64,000 nucleotides of DNA from Candidatus Obscuribacteraceae bacterium (GTDB taxonomy: Bacteria > Cyanobacteriota > Vampirovibrionia > Obscuribacterales > Obscuribacteraceae), in assembly GCA_044229845.1 (NCBI GenBank), contig JBGASG010000004.1, positions 192,001-256,000 of the forward strand, written 5' to 3'. Positions 44,901 through 53,658 of the stretch are shown in pieces. Numbering within the stretch: the first letter of the stretch is position 1; the number at the start of each line of letters is the position of its first letter. The position numbers and the translations under genes are program-made. The notes below the pieces were generated by a model. The model was not told the origin of the DNA. It was given only the letters and a program-made list of their open reading frames with translations, and ran no database searches.

Positions 44901-45004
44901 GGCAGTTGGCTTACTTGTTGATACTCAGTTTGAAAGGGATTCGCACCATTGTCTGTGGTGGTCGTGGTTTTGGTGCTCTGCCCATCGCCAATTGGGGGGG
45001 TCAT
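41975..45004 (-). CDS. Large hypothetical protein: Pro/Gly-rich N-terminus, Ala-rich helical repeats, hydrophobic segments, helical C-terminus
   Basis: 1009-aa uninterrupted ORF followed by a terminator; no family motif recognised. Confidence 0.8.
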   Translation of the reverse strand: MTPPIGDGQSTKTTTTTDNGANPFQTEYQQVSQLPKGYVQGDPRYGQDPNANGTGGVPQWRRTWGEVAPSAQQATGSGETPYIGPKPTTVVGVGGNGENPFATGTGGPFVAPSVPNDGRATPYPAPVVTGGTQPPVYRTEGTGPTGPIGQETVPDWIKTITPNEQNVVGPGSVATRPGQGVRFGNTFVPFGVDGELIDIYSKARGPVEDSLYLRTKLNDLLNTGVVVGGASGVAWKAADDVFMRLPAPYQESKYGKFFGDHLSPTTRSLATTQGTFDAMQTALNSATHNEGLAATAFLTEQNAVTRMIAATRADAARGAVIADAQDAFFKAQGSNLTDAAIASRSILDPAEVAPAKAYVQAASEAAVKQTELATAEQALTQATAATKAAQDGLPKSLFSDAAKRAWVEDPAHAAGKLTDRMISIAKNKFNLDPTEVQALKALQQSGANQITATATRDAAQVAATAATTARDTAASTFETLVKAAPNAADKLDFVKVPGMTAQAVEEAATFTQAEAATLARYRDALAAKTAATGAVTKATAEFTAAETALNSAKTTAQEGFGLAKLKGYGMALGEGVTIGLGTTAINIAADYAISKALGKDPKLTGQSAWGFEMAALPFIMLNPKWGIGKKIAYSATAYIASNLFGQMVGEPSGRFAELGRPSWTEVGLSTAGAMLPLPDWRARAAAATVGWGLGKVIAIAGNDGHDPKQDRDAAVESLNVAVTGRTEQSFQDAVDKARSIGKQNEGALELMRWDWFRKESGDSKDPQMIAWRGAAILAAGQGLGRMDQGSRLLDGKNHDQNKRYFPNTYVDLGGEGTQALREAAGTLWQMEQYAKAHPTEQVYGKAIGDEAQQAANLRARVEAELNKVYGEQDVAGIIKQIEYMDTKGGDQGPLAEFVVKLAAKINAVPDNDPAWKAKLCRDLAMTAVAIAEVKANSGRDGEGAVIAYAKAAEAMRLATALQRDNPNNKLILTEMARIKQAIPAAVDAQYTNSATNPWAIPGPGGQRPK

Positions 45005-45238
45005 ATTGTCCTAGAAGCCTCCGAATTTATTGTCGGAGAGATGACTTTCGCTGCCTTCCTGCCTGAGCGTCTTTCACTCTCTATTGAACACGGTGCTAGC
45101 GGTGCCCGTAAAACGTATATTAAAGAGTGTTCAGGCTGAGGGTAAATCCGTAGATTCCCCTCCAGCATGGGAATCTTCCCACAAGCTGCTTGAAACGCAC
45201 TGCAGTGCCGAAAAATTTGAGCCGAAGCGAGATTAGAA

Positions 45239-45805
45239 CTAGTTCGACTTGTTCATGTAATAGCGGCTATGGGCGGCAGCCGGCTGACCGTTATATTTGG
45301 CGCCGGGCTTTTCGTTGTAAGCGACCTGGCATTCCGCAGTGCGGGTGAAGACCATTTGTCCGATCGGCATACCGGCATGCAGGCGCACGGGACGATTTCC
45401 GACGTTGACTATTTCAAGGGTGATTTGAGCCGGCGGATGGCTGAAGCCGGCATCGATAAAGCCGGCGGTCACGTGCACCATCACGCCCAGGCGGGCCAGA
45501 CTCGATTTGCCGGTCAACTGCCCGACGATATCGCGCGGCAGGCAAACTTTCTCCAGCGTGGCACCGAGAATAAAAGCTTGCGGAGCTAGCAAGATACTCT
45601 CTTTTTGTTCGTGGACGAGACTCGTGAGAACGCTTTCCGATTGATAGGGATCAATGACTTCGTCCGATTTCTCATGCCACGAAAAGTCATCGGACAGACG
45701 AACGTCGTAGGAGTTCGGCTGTACAAGCGTGTCTTCGTAGGGATCCAGAATAAGACGACCGCGCGCAATTTCGTCGCGGATCTCAAAATCAACCAGAATC
45801 GACAT
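45239..45805 (-). CDS. dcd: dCTP deaminase
   Basis: QPNSYDVRL, GKSSLARLG, TAGFIDAGF, ITLEI, IGQMVF, KYNGQ. Confidence 0.95.
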   Translation of the reverse strand: MSILVDFEIRDEIARGRLILDPYEDTLVQPNSYDVRLSDDFSWHEKSDEVIDPYQSESVLTSLVHEQKESILLAPQAFILGATLEKVCLPRDIVGQLTGKSSLARLGVMVHVTAGFIDAGFSHPPAQITLEIVNVGNRPVRLHAGMPIGQMVFTRTAECQVAYNEKPGAKYNGQPAAAHSRYYMNKSN

Positions 45806-45819
45806 GTCTAAAAAGGCCT

Positions 45820-46842
45820 CTAGATGCTCAGGTTCAAGTTCGAGCTGTGTCCAGGGAAAGCCTTCGCTGACGGGTTGAGGTAGACAACGGCAAAGTTGAC
45901 GCCGGTTGCGGCTTCGGCTGCGCCGGTGGCGATCAGCTTCAACTTGGCGGTGTGAGCGGCAATATCACCAGCGGCGAAGATGCCGGGCAAATTGGTTTCC
46001 ATCTTCTCGTTGACTTTGATGGCATTCACTTCCATCTCCAGTCCCCAGGCTTTCAAGAAATCCAGGTTGATGACGAAGCCGATGTTGATCAAGATTGCGT
46101 CTACATCGATCTTCTCTTCTTTGCCGGTGCGATTGTCGAAGATTACGGCGCCTTCGACGTGCCCGTTGCCGACAATTTGCTTCAGCTCATAGAAAGTGCG
46201 CACATCGACTTTGTTCTTGGCCATTTCTTCGACGGAAGTCTGAACGGCGCGGAACTGATCGCGGCGGTGAATGAGCGTTACGTTCTTGGCGATATGCGCA
46301 AATTCATTGGCCCAGTCGACCGCCGAATCGCCACCACCAACAATCAATACATTCTTTTCGCGGAAGCGCTCTTTATTCTTCACCGCATAGAAGATGCATT
46401 CGCTCTCCATGTTGCGGTCGTAATCGATGTCGAGCCGCTTCGGAACGCAAGCTCCGGCGCCCAGGGCCAGCAAAAGCGTTTTGCTGTAGTGCTCTGTGTT
46501 CTTGTCGGTGATGATCTTGTAGATGTTGTCTTCGCCTTTCTCAAGGCTCATCACCTTCTCTCCCAGCGCCATAGTCGCTTTGAACAACTGCGCTTGGGTA
46601 GCAAGGTTTTTCGCTAAGTCTTTAGCGAGAATTTTCGGGTGTCCGGCTACGTCGTAGACGTACTTCTCCGGATAGAGCGCGGTCAGCTGTCCGCCTAATT
46701 CAGGGAGAACATCGATGAGCTTTGTTTTCAGTCCACGCAGCCCAGCGTAAAAGCTTCCGAACAATCCAGTGGGGCCACCACCGATAATCGTTATGTCGTA
46801 AACATCCATCTTTATTTGCTTGAGAGACTCCGGCAATGCCAC
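45820..46842 (-). CDS. Thioredoxin-reductase-type ferredoxin/flavodoxin-NADP+ reductase (YumC-like)
   Basis: GGGPTG, GGQLTALYPEKYVYD, GGGDSAVDW, AAGD, KLIATG, PGHSS; no CxxC. Confidence 0.9.
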   Translation of the reverse strand: MALPESLKQIKMDVYDITIIGGGPTGLFGSFYAGLRGLKTKLIDVLPELGGQLTALYPEKYVYDVAGHPKILAKDLAKNLATQAQLFKATMALGEKVMSLEKGEDNIYKIITDKNTEHYSKTLLLALGAGACVPKRLDIDYDRNMESECIFYAVKNKERFREKNVLIVGGGDSAVDWANEFAHIAKNVTLIHRRDQFRAVQTSVEEMAKNKVDVRTFYELKQIVGNGHVEGAVIFDNRTGKEEKIDVDAILINIGFVINLDFLKAWGLEMEVNAIKVNEKMETNLPGIFAAGDIAAHTAKLKLIATGAAEAATGVNFAVVYLNPSAKAFPGHSSNLNLSI

Positions 46843-46993
46843 GGGCTATTGTAATACAGGTTAATTCAGATAGTTTCCGCCGCGGGCACAATCGGCATGT
46901 TCTGCGTAACATCTGAGACGACAACCGCGGCTGGTCGGCATCTGCTAGTAAAGAGAAGAAGCAAAGCTGTTCGCCAGGCGATCTCAGCGGTGC

Positions 46994-47761
46994 TCAGCGA
47001 TTGACTACCATCTGAACGCGCCGCCCGCCCTGAGTTTGTCGCGGAACCATATAGACGGAACCGGTTCCCATCGGGACCGTCTGTCCAGCTCCAGGCATTG
47101 CCTGAGGCACTCCACCCTGTGCATAGTAAGGCTGGGACAGCGGCGGCAGAACTGGCGACTGAAGCGGCTGCGCTGTCTGCGGCTCGCCCAGGGGGTTCAA
47201 CACAGGCGCCGGAGCATACTGCGTCGCGGTTGGCGGTTGATTGACAACTACCGGTGCTGCATGAGCTGGTGCAGGCACTCCATAACCATTGTTGGCGGGT
47301 GCAGCCAGAGAGGCCGACTGCGTGGCGGGCTGCCCGAACTGTCCCGTCACTTCGGGCTTGTTGGGCACATATACAAATCCTGTGTCCTTGCTGATCCGCA
47401 CCGGCATGGCGTTTCGCATGCCTTCCAGCATGATGCGATCATCGCGTCCCGTAGAAGAATGTGATGCAGCGGGACCCAGCACATGGTTGGCAAATGGCTC
47501 GTGATGACGGATCCAGTAAACAACAAAGAGCCAGAGGAAAAAACCGACGAAGAGGACCAGCCACATGAAGTTGGAAGTGATGTTGAGTCCCTTGAGAGCG
47601 GTGCTCAACTTGACGCCCTGCATGGCGCTGGCAGTCGCGTGCGCAGACGGCATCGGTCCGGGACGCGGCGTCCCCGCACTTTTCTGCGCTTTGCCCTTAG
47701 CCTGCTGGGGGTCGATGCCGAGCAGCTGGCTCAGTAAATTCTGGCCGGGCAGTTCGCTCAT
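46994..47761 (-). CDS. Hypothetical single-TM protein with Pro/Gln-rich C-terminus
   Basis: FMWLVLFVGFFLWLFVVYW helix; AAGGAA SD before ATG 47761. Confidence 0.7.
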   Translation of the reverse strand: MSELPGQNLLSQLLGIDPQQAKGKAQKSAGTPRPGPMPSAHATASAMQGVKLSTALKGLNITSNFMWLVLFVGFFLWLFVVYWIRHHEPFANHVLGPAASHSSTGRDDRIMLEGMRNAMPVRISKDTGFVYVPNKPEVTGQFGQPATQSASLAAPANNGYGVPAPAHAAPVVVNQPPTATQYAPAPVLNPLGEPQTAQPLQSPVLPPLSQPYYAQGGVPQAMPGAGQTVPMGTGSVYMVPRQTQGGRRVQMVVNR

Positions 47762-47954
47762 GGCAATTTCCTTAGCCGCATGCAGCCTCACGATTGAGGA
47801 TTGACAATGCCTGTTCGGCGGAGTTAGGCCTAAGGCCTCACTTGGCTAAATTATGGGCTTTACGCGCTGCGTGTAAATAGAGAAAGCAGCATCTAGTGGG
47901 AATTACCCCACAAAAGTTTAACTTCTGAACAGATTTTCAGCTTCCGGTCAGCGC

Positions 47955-48353
47955 CTAGTCGATTTCGACGCCTTCCAACTGGATGAGGCGCTGACGCATA
48001 GCTTCCATCATGTGAGGCAGCTCGAAGACCGCCGGCAACTTTTCTTCCATGGTAGTCACGTGGCGTGTCAGTTCGATGGAGCGTTCCATAAGGCGAATCA
48101 AAATCTGTTGGGTCGCCACCAGTTGCCGCTGGTTTTCGATCAGCTGGTTGGAAATGCGTGATGTTTCGACGCGTTGATCGACCGTGAGCGTGATCAATTC
48201 GCCCAGTCTGTCCGTCAGTTTGGACAATTGCGCGTTGGCATAACTCTCACCGGAGTTGGTGGCACCTTGCGAGTCGAATATCTGCTCGAATCCTTCCAGA
48301 CCGAGATCCGATTCTTGCTTCTCCGGTTTGCGATTAGCTTCAGGCATCAACAA
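47955..48353 (-). CDS. Hypothetical coiled-coil protein
   Basis: Heptad-like L/I/Q/E/R pattern over most of the ORF; same strand as neighbours. Confidence 0.65.
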   Translation of the reverse strand: MLMPEANRKPEKQESDLGLEGFEQIFDSQGATNSGESYANAQLSKLTDRLGELITLTVDQRVETSRISNQLIENQRQLVATQQILIRLMERSIELTRHVTTMEEKLPAVFELPHMMEAMRQRLIQLEGVEID

Positions 48354-48568
48354 AAAACCTCATCTGATATGAGTTGCGTCGCGTATGGTAAAAATCGCCG
48401 CCGCCCGTGGTGGCGTACGAGTGAATTATAACGTCATCGATCGATTACGCAACTGGTATCACGGACAATTTCATCTTTTGTGCACCAAATATGGGGCGAG
48501 CAAATAAATGTCCGCCCTATATACACCGTGCTCAAAACGCATGCGCAAGTGCCTGCGCACTGGATCTT

Positions 48569-49921
48569 CTAGCGCGCACCAGCAGCTACGATACGTCCTC
48601 GTTTTATAACTTGTTCAACCGGATTTGCGCCCAGGTTATACGGCACTTCTTCGAGCGTTTTCACATCCATCACCACTATGTCTGCCTGATAATTCGGCGC
48701 TATCTGTCCGACTTTCCGTCCCAGTCCCACAGCATGAGCAGCATTGATAGTCAAGGCGGTCAGCGCCTCTTCAGCGGTCATTTTCAAATGCAAGCAGGCC
48801 AAGCCGAAGATCAGCGGCAAAGAAAAGATGTGACAGCTGCCCGGGTTAAAGTCGCTGCCCAAGCCAACGGCCACGCCCTGCTCGATCATTTTGCGGGCTG
48901 GTGCGTGCTCCTTCAAGTTGAGGAAAAACGAAGTGCCCGGCAAGAGAACTGCCACCGTATTTGATTTCGCTAAGAGTCGCATCTCTTCGTCGCTGACATT
49001 GAGAAGATGGTCGGCACTGGCTGCTTGTATATCCACTGCCAGCCTGGTGGCACCCAGATTGGCAAACTCATCGGCATGCACCTTCGGTCGCAGTCCCAGG
49101 TTGGAACCAGCCTCGAGAATCGCTTTCGTTTGCGCCAGGGTGAAGTAGCCCTCATCGCAGAAGACATCATTGAAGGACTGCGCTTCGGTGCCCCCGGACA
49201 ATCTCTTTACCATATCTGCCGCTTTCGGCAACATAGATCTGATAATCGCATCTACATAGGCTTCTCTATCGATGCCGGGCGGGAAGGCGTGCGCCGGCAT
49301 GAACGTCGGCACCAGTTCGACAGGCTGCATACGTCGCAAAGTCAAAATGGCTTCCAGCATGCGGCACTCGCTATCTTCATCGAGTCCGTAGCCGGTCTTT
49401 ACTTCGCAAGTAGTCGTACCAGCGGCCAGCATTTTTGCCAACCGGTGCAAACCGCTTTGCACCAGTTCTTCGATCGTGGCATGGCGCGTGGCCGTCATGC
49501 TGGCGACGATGCCACCACCTGCCGCGGCAATTTCCTGGTAGCTTTTGCCCTGGCAGCGCATGATGAATTCGTTGGCCCGATTGCCGGAGAAAATCAAATG
49601 CGTATGAGGATCGACAAATCCCGGCACCACCAGTCTGTCTCCGGCATCAACGCGCAGTGTTTTTTCGTCGACATGCACCGCACCAAGCACCGCGGCTGCC
49701 GGACCGGCCGCCACCACCTTGCCGTCGGCGACTGCGATGGCCGCATCGCGCACTCGCCGCACGCAGGTATGCATGTCCGCGCCGTGCACCGGTTCGTCAG
49801 CCGACCAGATCGGCGTCACCAGCTCGCCAATCGGATGAACGAGCAAATCCACCTGGACTTTTTCGGGACCAGTCACAGCCGATTCTTTGCTCTCTCCGGT
49901 TTTTTTCTTGTCCTTGCTCAT
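48569..49921 (-). CDS. hutI: Imidazolonepropionase
   Basis: PGFVDPHTHLIF, EVKTGYGL, DVFC, HADE, ADHL, SDFNPG. Confidence 0.95.
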   Translation of the reverse strand: MSKDKKKTGESKESAVTGPEKVQVDLLVHPIGELVTPIWSADEPVHGADMHTCVRRVRDAAIAVADGKVVAAGPAAAVLGAVHVDEKTLRVDAGDRLVVPGFVDPHTHLIFSGNRANEFIMRCQGKSYQEIAAAGGGIVASMTATRHATIEELVQSGLHRLAKMLAAGTTTCEVKTGYGLDEDSECRMLEAILTLRRMQPVELVPTFMPAHAFPPGIDREAYVDAIIRSMLPKAADMVKRLSGGTEAQSFNDVFCDEGYFTLAQTKAILEAGSNLGLRPKVHADEFANLGATRLAVDIQAASADHLLNVSDEEMRLLAKSNTVAVLLPGTSFFLNLKEHAPARKMIEQGVAVGLGSDFNPGSCHIFSLPLIFGLACLHLKMTAEEALTALTINAAHAVGLGRKVGQIAPNYQADIVVMDVKTLEEVPYNLGANPVEQVIKRGRIVAAGAR

Positions 49922-49941
49922 CTTGTCTCATCCTAAGGGAA

Positions 49942-49965
49942 AGAGGCGAGGAAGACCTCGCCTCT
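49942..49965 (-). terminator. Hairpin/terminator between ferritin-like gene and hutI
   Basis: AGAGGCGAGG-AAGA-CCTCGCCTCT perfect stem; short T tail on the minus strand. Confidence 0.55.
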
Positions 49966-49997
49966 GCGTGAATAAGCGGCTGGCGCTTTGGGCTGGA

Positions 49998-50384
49998 CTA
50001 CTTCTTGCTGGTCACTGGTGACTTTCCAAGATAGAGTTCAAGCTCTTCGACGTGAGCAGTTTCTTCGACAAGAATCTGCTCAAGCATGAGCCGCAGCGCT
50101 GTGTTGTCGGCCACCAGGTCGAGCTGCTGCTCATAAGTATCAAGATGGGCTTTCTCCATCTCGAGGTCTTCGGCGATCATCTCTTCGATTGTTTGCTCGC
50201 CCGGCTCATAGACTTCTTGCACTTTGACGGAAGGATGTCCGCCCAGAGCAACGATCTTTTCGCCCAGCTTGATGGCATGCTGCATCGAGTCTTGAGCTTG
50301 CGAGTGGTGCAAATAGCGAACGATCGCTGCCATTTCGTGTTCGAGATCTTGATTCAGAGCTTCCAACACTTTCTTCTTGTCCAT
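49998..50384 (-). CDS. Bacterioferritin-like ferritin-family protein, apparently with an internal in-frame deletion
   Basis: LNQDLEHE..AIVRY, HA..LGEKIVALGGHP, EDLEME, EETAHVEEL; GAGGAG SD. Confidence 0.85.
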   Translation of the reverse strand: MDKKKVLEALNQDLEHEMAAIVRYLHHSQAQDSMQHAIKLGEKIVALGGHPSVKVQEVYEPGEQTIEEMIAEDLEMEKAHLDTYEQQLDLVADNTALRLMLEQILVEETAHVEELELYLGKSPVTSKK

Positions 50385-50532
50385 TTAAGAGCCTCTCCTC
50401 GGGTGCGTATATGAAGAACCGGTACGCTCATCTCAAGCGGGTTTTCAGGGCGTCAATTATATCCACATGACTACTGGTTGCATGGCCGTTATTGCCCACA
50501 GGGCGCGCTTATGCGCCTATCTTTCAATTAGC

Positions 50533-50551
50533 GATGGCAATCACTCTCAAT
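50533..50551. promoter_or_regulatory. Possible Fur/PerR-like box upstream of the ferritin-like gene
   Basis: Minus-strand ATTGAGAGTGATTGCCATC resembles ATTGAGAATnATTCTCAAT, one strong half-site. Confidence 0.3.
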
Positions 50552-50750
50552 AGAATGCAACGCGATAATTGCGCAGATATCCATATATGAACCGAACCAC
50601 GCACCGCTGGGCGCATTTGAGCTCTGGACCACAGCCAATCGGTTTTGCCATGGGCCAGCGCTGAACAAATCCCGCAACAAATTGCCGGCGCGCGGCAAGA
50701 AAATTTTTCCGCGCCGCGCTTAACAGCACGCAATCTTCTTAAGTGCTGCC

Positions 50751-51575
50751 TCAAGCGCTGCGACAAACATGTCCGGCGGCAGCTGTATCCTGATCTTTGT
50801 CATCTGCACCGCCCGTACCCATGGCCATACAATCGGCCAAAAAATGGCATTGTTTGCAGGCTTCCGAACGATGCGGCGCAAAATCTTGCGGGTCTTTCAT
50901 TTGTTCGAGCGTGTTGAACAGCGCGGGCCAGTGCAAGCGATAGACACCCTCATCGATATCCACTGAAGTGGTGGTCAGCGATTCTTGTTTTACCTGACAG
51001 AATGTAATCGTCAATTTGTCGAATGGCCAACGAGTGCGCAAGCGCTCGGCCAGGAAATGTTTGACCAGAAACGTTGCCGAAGGCCACGCAGCATCGAACG
51101 GCTTGAGCGGGTGCAAATGGAAATCGACCAGCTCGAGACGCCTTTGGTTGGGGTGCCAGAGAATGAGATCGAAGGAGTCTTCGAGATAGATACGCGTATG
51201 TGGTATGCGTGCCCTGACCCGCAGATTGACGGCACCAACCGTTGCACCATCGGGTTTGTATGGCTTGCCCACGTAATTAGTGAGAGCGCGATATACGAAG
51301 CGAAACGCCTGGATGTTTTCGTGCTGCGCATCATCTGTAGTAACTCCTACATTGAATTTGTCAGCCGGCCAGTGTTGACCGAGAAACTTTTGAGCCTGCT
51401 GGATGCTGACGATGCGACCACGGTTGATCTCACCGAGCGCCTTTATAAGGAAGCGTTTGCAGAGAGCGCTCGTCGTCAACTTTTCGGTGCCCGGCTTTAG
51501 AAACGCCATTTGATAGGCGCGCCGGCAGACGCGAAAGGTCTCGATCATGGGGGGAGTGAAAAGAGTGCGGTCCAT
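50751..51575 (-). CDS. PD-(D/E)XK nuclease-fold protein with 1+3 Cys Fe-S staple (Cas4/AddB-like), atypical active site
   Basis: N-terminal FRVCRRAY, C-terminal CKQCHFLADC, FDLIL...LVDFH. Confidence 0.75.
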   Translation of the reverse strand: MDRTLFTPPMIETFRVCRRAYQMAFLKPGTEKLTTSALCKRFLIKALGEINRGRIVSIQQAQKFLGQHWPADKFNVGVTTDDAQHENIQAFRFVYRALTNYVGKPYKPDGATVGAVNLRVRARIPHTRIYLEDSFDLILWHPNQRRLELVDFHLHPLKPFDAAWPSATFLVKHFLAERLRTRWPFDKLTITFCQVKQESLTTTSVDIDEGVYRLHWPALFNTLEQMKDPQDFAPHRSEACKQCHFLADCMAMGTGGADDKDQDTAAAGHVCRSA

Positions 51576-51869
51576 AAATTAAGAACCCCCTTCTTGAAAC
51601 AACCGTACTTTTGTATGTCATACTAATATATAGTACCCAGTTTTTCCGAGTCAATTTAAAAGATCGGGGGCGCCGAAGAAATTCGTATATATAAGAACAA
51701 TTTTTTTGCATCGCGAAGACCTCGCAGATGCCCATTAGCTGAGGCACTACCACGGGCAATCGCAGCAAAAATACTGTATCCTCGCCGTTGTTAAATCTCG
51801 CCGCCCGAGACGAAATCGTTCGAACTAAATACTGGGTCGCAGCGTTCTAGATATAGGAGGCCGGCGACC

Positions 51870-53153
51870 ATGACCAATCCACAGACAACCTCCGTGCAGA
51901 CCCCCAAATCTTCGATGAAACTGTTTCCGGTGCAAGTGCTCACCGTCGGAGCGTTGACCGCTCGCATACGGGCAGTTCTGGAAGAACGTTTCGATCAAGT
52001 TGCAGTCAAAGGCGAGATATCCAACGCACGCATTCATTCATCCGGGCACTGGTATTTCTCGCTCAAAGACGAAGAAGCCTGTATCTCCTGTGTCTGCTAC
52101 CGCTCCACTAACGGCTCAATCAAATTTGCGCTGGAAGATGGGTTGCAGGTAGTAGTCCATGGAAGAGTCAGCGTATATGCACCCAAAGGTGATTATCAGC
52201 TGATTGTCTCAGCGCTGGAGCCGATTGGCGTCGGTGCGGCTCAACTGGCATTCGACCAATTGCGTACCAAGCTGCAGAGCGAAGGACTTTTAGAGCAAGC
52301 AAAGAAACGCTCGATTCCGCCGATACCGCGCAAAGTCGGCATCGTCACAAGTTTGCAGGCAGCTGCCTTGCAGGACATATTGACGGCGATCAAACGACGC
52401 AACCGCAATGTCAGCATCGTGATTGCACCAGCTAAGGTCCAGGGTGAAGGCAGCGCCGAAGAAGTGGCTCGCGCCATCACCGACTTACAGAGCTTGCCTG
52501 ATTTAGATGTCGTCATCGTTGCTCGTGGCGGCGGTTCGATCGAAGATCTGTGGTCGTTCAATACCGAGGTGGTGGCACGCACGGTGGCAGCCTGTCGGGT
52601 GCCGGTAATCTCCGGTGTCGGACACGAGACCGATGTCACCATCTGCGATCTGGTAGCCGACCTGCGGGCGCCGACACCGACTGCGGCGGCCGAACTGGTG
52701 GCAAAAGGGCACGCCGAGATCAAAGAGCGCTGGTCAAATCTTTCACGGCATCTGAACGCCGCAATGGAACAGAAAATGTTGCACGCGCGCCGGCATGTTG
52801 AGCGGCTTTCGCCGCGCAAATCGCTGGGCATGCACGTTGAAAGATTCAACCGGCTGCGCAATCAGTGGCACAGCAAACACGATCGGTTGGTCAGGCAAAT
52901 GTCCACCTTGATTTCCAATGCCACCAACCGGCTGCACAAGCGTCACGAAAAACTCGACGCACTCAGCCCGCTCAAAGTTCTGGAACGAGGCTTCGCCATC
53001 ATTCACAAACAAGACGGCAGCATCGTCCGTGATGCCGCCGACATAGCACCCGGCGAACAGCTGGAGATTCGCCTGCACAAAGGCAGCTTGCAAGTGTGGG
53101 TGACCGGCAACCGAGAACAAAAATCAACCGACACCATGAGGACAGCGAAATGA
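51870..53153 (+). CDS. xseA: Exodeoxyribonuclease VII large subunit
   Basis: GEISN, SGHWYFSLKD, ARGGGSIEDLWSFN, GVGHETD, PTPTAAAE. Confidence 0.97.
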   Translation: MTNPQTTSVQTPKSSMKLFPVQVLTVGALTARIRAVLEERFDQVAVKGEISNARIHSSGHWYFSLKDEEACISCVCYRSTNGSIKFALEDGLQVVVHGRVSVYAPKGDYQLIVSALEPIGVGAAQLAFDQLRTKLQSEGLLEQAKKRSIPPIPRKVGIVTSLQAAALQDILTAIKRRNRNVSIVIAPAKVQGEGSAEEVARAITDLQSLPDLDVVIVARGGGSIEDLWSFNTEVVARTVAACRVPVISGVGHETDVTICDLVADLRAPTPTAAAELVAKGHAEIKERWSNLSRHLNAAMEQKMLHARRHVERLSPRKSLGMHVERFNRLRNQWHSKHDRLVRQMSTLISNATNRLHKRHEKLDALSPLKVLERGFAIIHKQDGSIVRDAADIAPGEQLEIRLHKGSLQVWVTGNREQKSTDTMRTAK

Positions 53154-53470
53154 CGGAAGTAGTACCAACCGCAACTGCCCCTGATGTGCAAGAAAGCACC
53201 GTTTCTACAGCCCCGGCCTCGAACTGCGCCCAATCGCCGGCAGCCACCGTCGACTTCGAAGCCACGCTCTCAGAGCTGGAAACTATCGTTGTACAGCTGG
53301 AAGGCGAAGTAAAACTGGAAGAAGCACTCAGCCTTTTCGAGCGCGGGATGAAGCTCAGCCACCAGTGCGAACACTTCTTGCACTCTGCCGAACAAAAGAT
53401 CGAAGTGCTGAAGCGCGCTGCCAATGGCAGTCTAGAGACTACATCCTATGCGCCGGAGTCCGACGTATAG
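53150..53470 (+). CDS. xseB: Exodeoxyribonuclease VII small subunit
   Basis: FEATLSELETIVVQLE...LEEALSLFERG; ATGA overlap with xseA. Confidence 0.93.
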   Translation: MTEVVPTATAPDVQESTVSTAPASNCAQSPAATVDFEATLSELETIVVQLEGEVKLEEALSLFERGMKLSHQCEHFLHSAEQKIEVLKRAANGSLETTSYAPESDV

Positions 53471-53522
53471 CTTAAATCTTGCACTGTAGGCGTCATTGAA
53501 GGCTCATGAGACGGCTCTCATC

Positions 53523-53551
53523 TTGACAGGCTCCCGAAATTAACTTAAGCT
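53523..53551 (+). promoter_or_regulatory. Putative sigma70 promoter for the TadG-like gene
   Basis: TTGACA-17 nt-TAAGCT. Confidence 0.45.
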
Positions 53552-53658
53552 AATCTTAGGCAGAATCCCCTGCTTTCGGTACCCCACAATTCAAACTGGC
53601 GGCGCGTATCAAAAGCGCTGTGTGGTGTACCTTGACGCTGATGACCAGGAGTTCCTGC

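Noticed and set aside
41975..45004. Phage tape-measure protein
   Set aside because: No phage structural genes nearby; monocistronic between comEC and dcd
50751..51575. Cas4-like gene as evidence of CRISPR-Cas
   Set aside because: No repeat-spacer array or other cas genes seen anywhere in the window
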